A stretch of DNA of 64,000 nt from assembly GCA_030248215.1 (NCBI GenBank), contig JASANG010002365.1, forward strand, positions 124,001 through 188,000, in the 5' to 3' direction. Below are positions 63,480-64,000 of the stretch, in pieces. Made by a program: the position numbers and the translations under genes. This DNA is from Enoplolaimus lenunculus. Its lineage: Eukaryota. Within the stretch, counting starts at the first letter, position 1. Each line of letters begins with the position of its first letter. The notes under the pieces were generated by a model that saw only the letters and a list, made by a program, of their open reading frames with translations, was not told the DNA's origin and ran no database searches.

Positions 63480-63683
63480 CAGCGGCAGATCCAGCAATTT
63501 CTGACGAGGGCTGCTCGGGTGGGAAGACAAATGTTATCGAACGCAAAAACTGCAACGTAGGAACGTCATCATTTTATCACAAAAAATTTGTGAGGGAAAA
63601 ATTGTAACGTAACGGACATTACCATTTTCGCCCAAAACACTTTTTTCGATGGGGGCGTACGCTTCCCTCTGAATCCGTTAGTG
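63480..63683. mobile_element. hAT-like MITE
   Basis: CAGCGGCAGATCC...GAATCCGTTAGTG with perfect TSD GTTCATAG. Confidence 0.68.
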
Positions 63684-64000
63684 GTTCATAGTCGTTATCT
63701 AAAGTTGAAACAATTATTAGATACGTTGTCTCTACTAAAAGTAAGTTGTTCTGGGAAAGTTTTTACAATTTCAAGTCTTTTTGGGTTATTTTAACCGTTG
63801 GTCGCCATTCGCACCGAAAATTGGTCCGATTTTGGAAATTTTTGCATATTTGAGTTTCTAATGACCTCCACTGAGCATTGCACACACAAATTTGAATTTT
63901 TGAAAAATTCAATATTTATGGACACAAAGTGTCTTTTAAATATTGCGACCATATGCACGAGGGGAATAACCGAAAACAGCCCACGTTTTAGCGTTTCACA

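Overview
Eukaryotic, very probably nematode, genomic DNA. The evidence is TTAGGC telomere-type hexamers throughout, TTTCAG splice acceptors and AT-rich introns. Two protein-coding genes can be assembled by hand, and they face each other tail to tail. (1) On +, a GRIP-like multi-PDZ scaffold: 10 phase-consistent exons at 24586-38079, about 1024 codons, covering PDZ4-PDZ7 of the GRIP architecture. Its 5' part could not be located with confidence. (2) On -, a CHH/ITP-superfamily six-cysteine neuropeptide precursor (exons 43366-42789 and 41458-41395). Most of the rest is a dense mix of short non-autonomous DNA transposons (MITEs), often nested, plus minisatellites. I found no intact transposase. 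The most unusual signals are: GGCC-terminated MITEs with 8-bp TSDs (Merlin-like) that carry a telomeric TTAGGC core at a fixed internal position, which has expanded into interstitial telomere-like arrays of up to about 1 kb; tRNA-derived Pol III A/B-box sequences inside piggyBac-like and TA-flanked MITEs; and a tandem triplication of a GRIP exon end including its donor site. All family assignments come from termini and TSDs read by eye and from recalled protein motifs. No database search was run.
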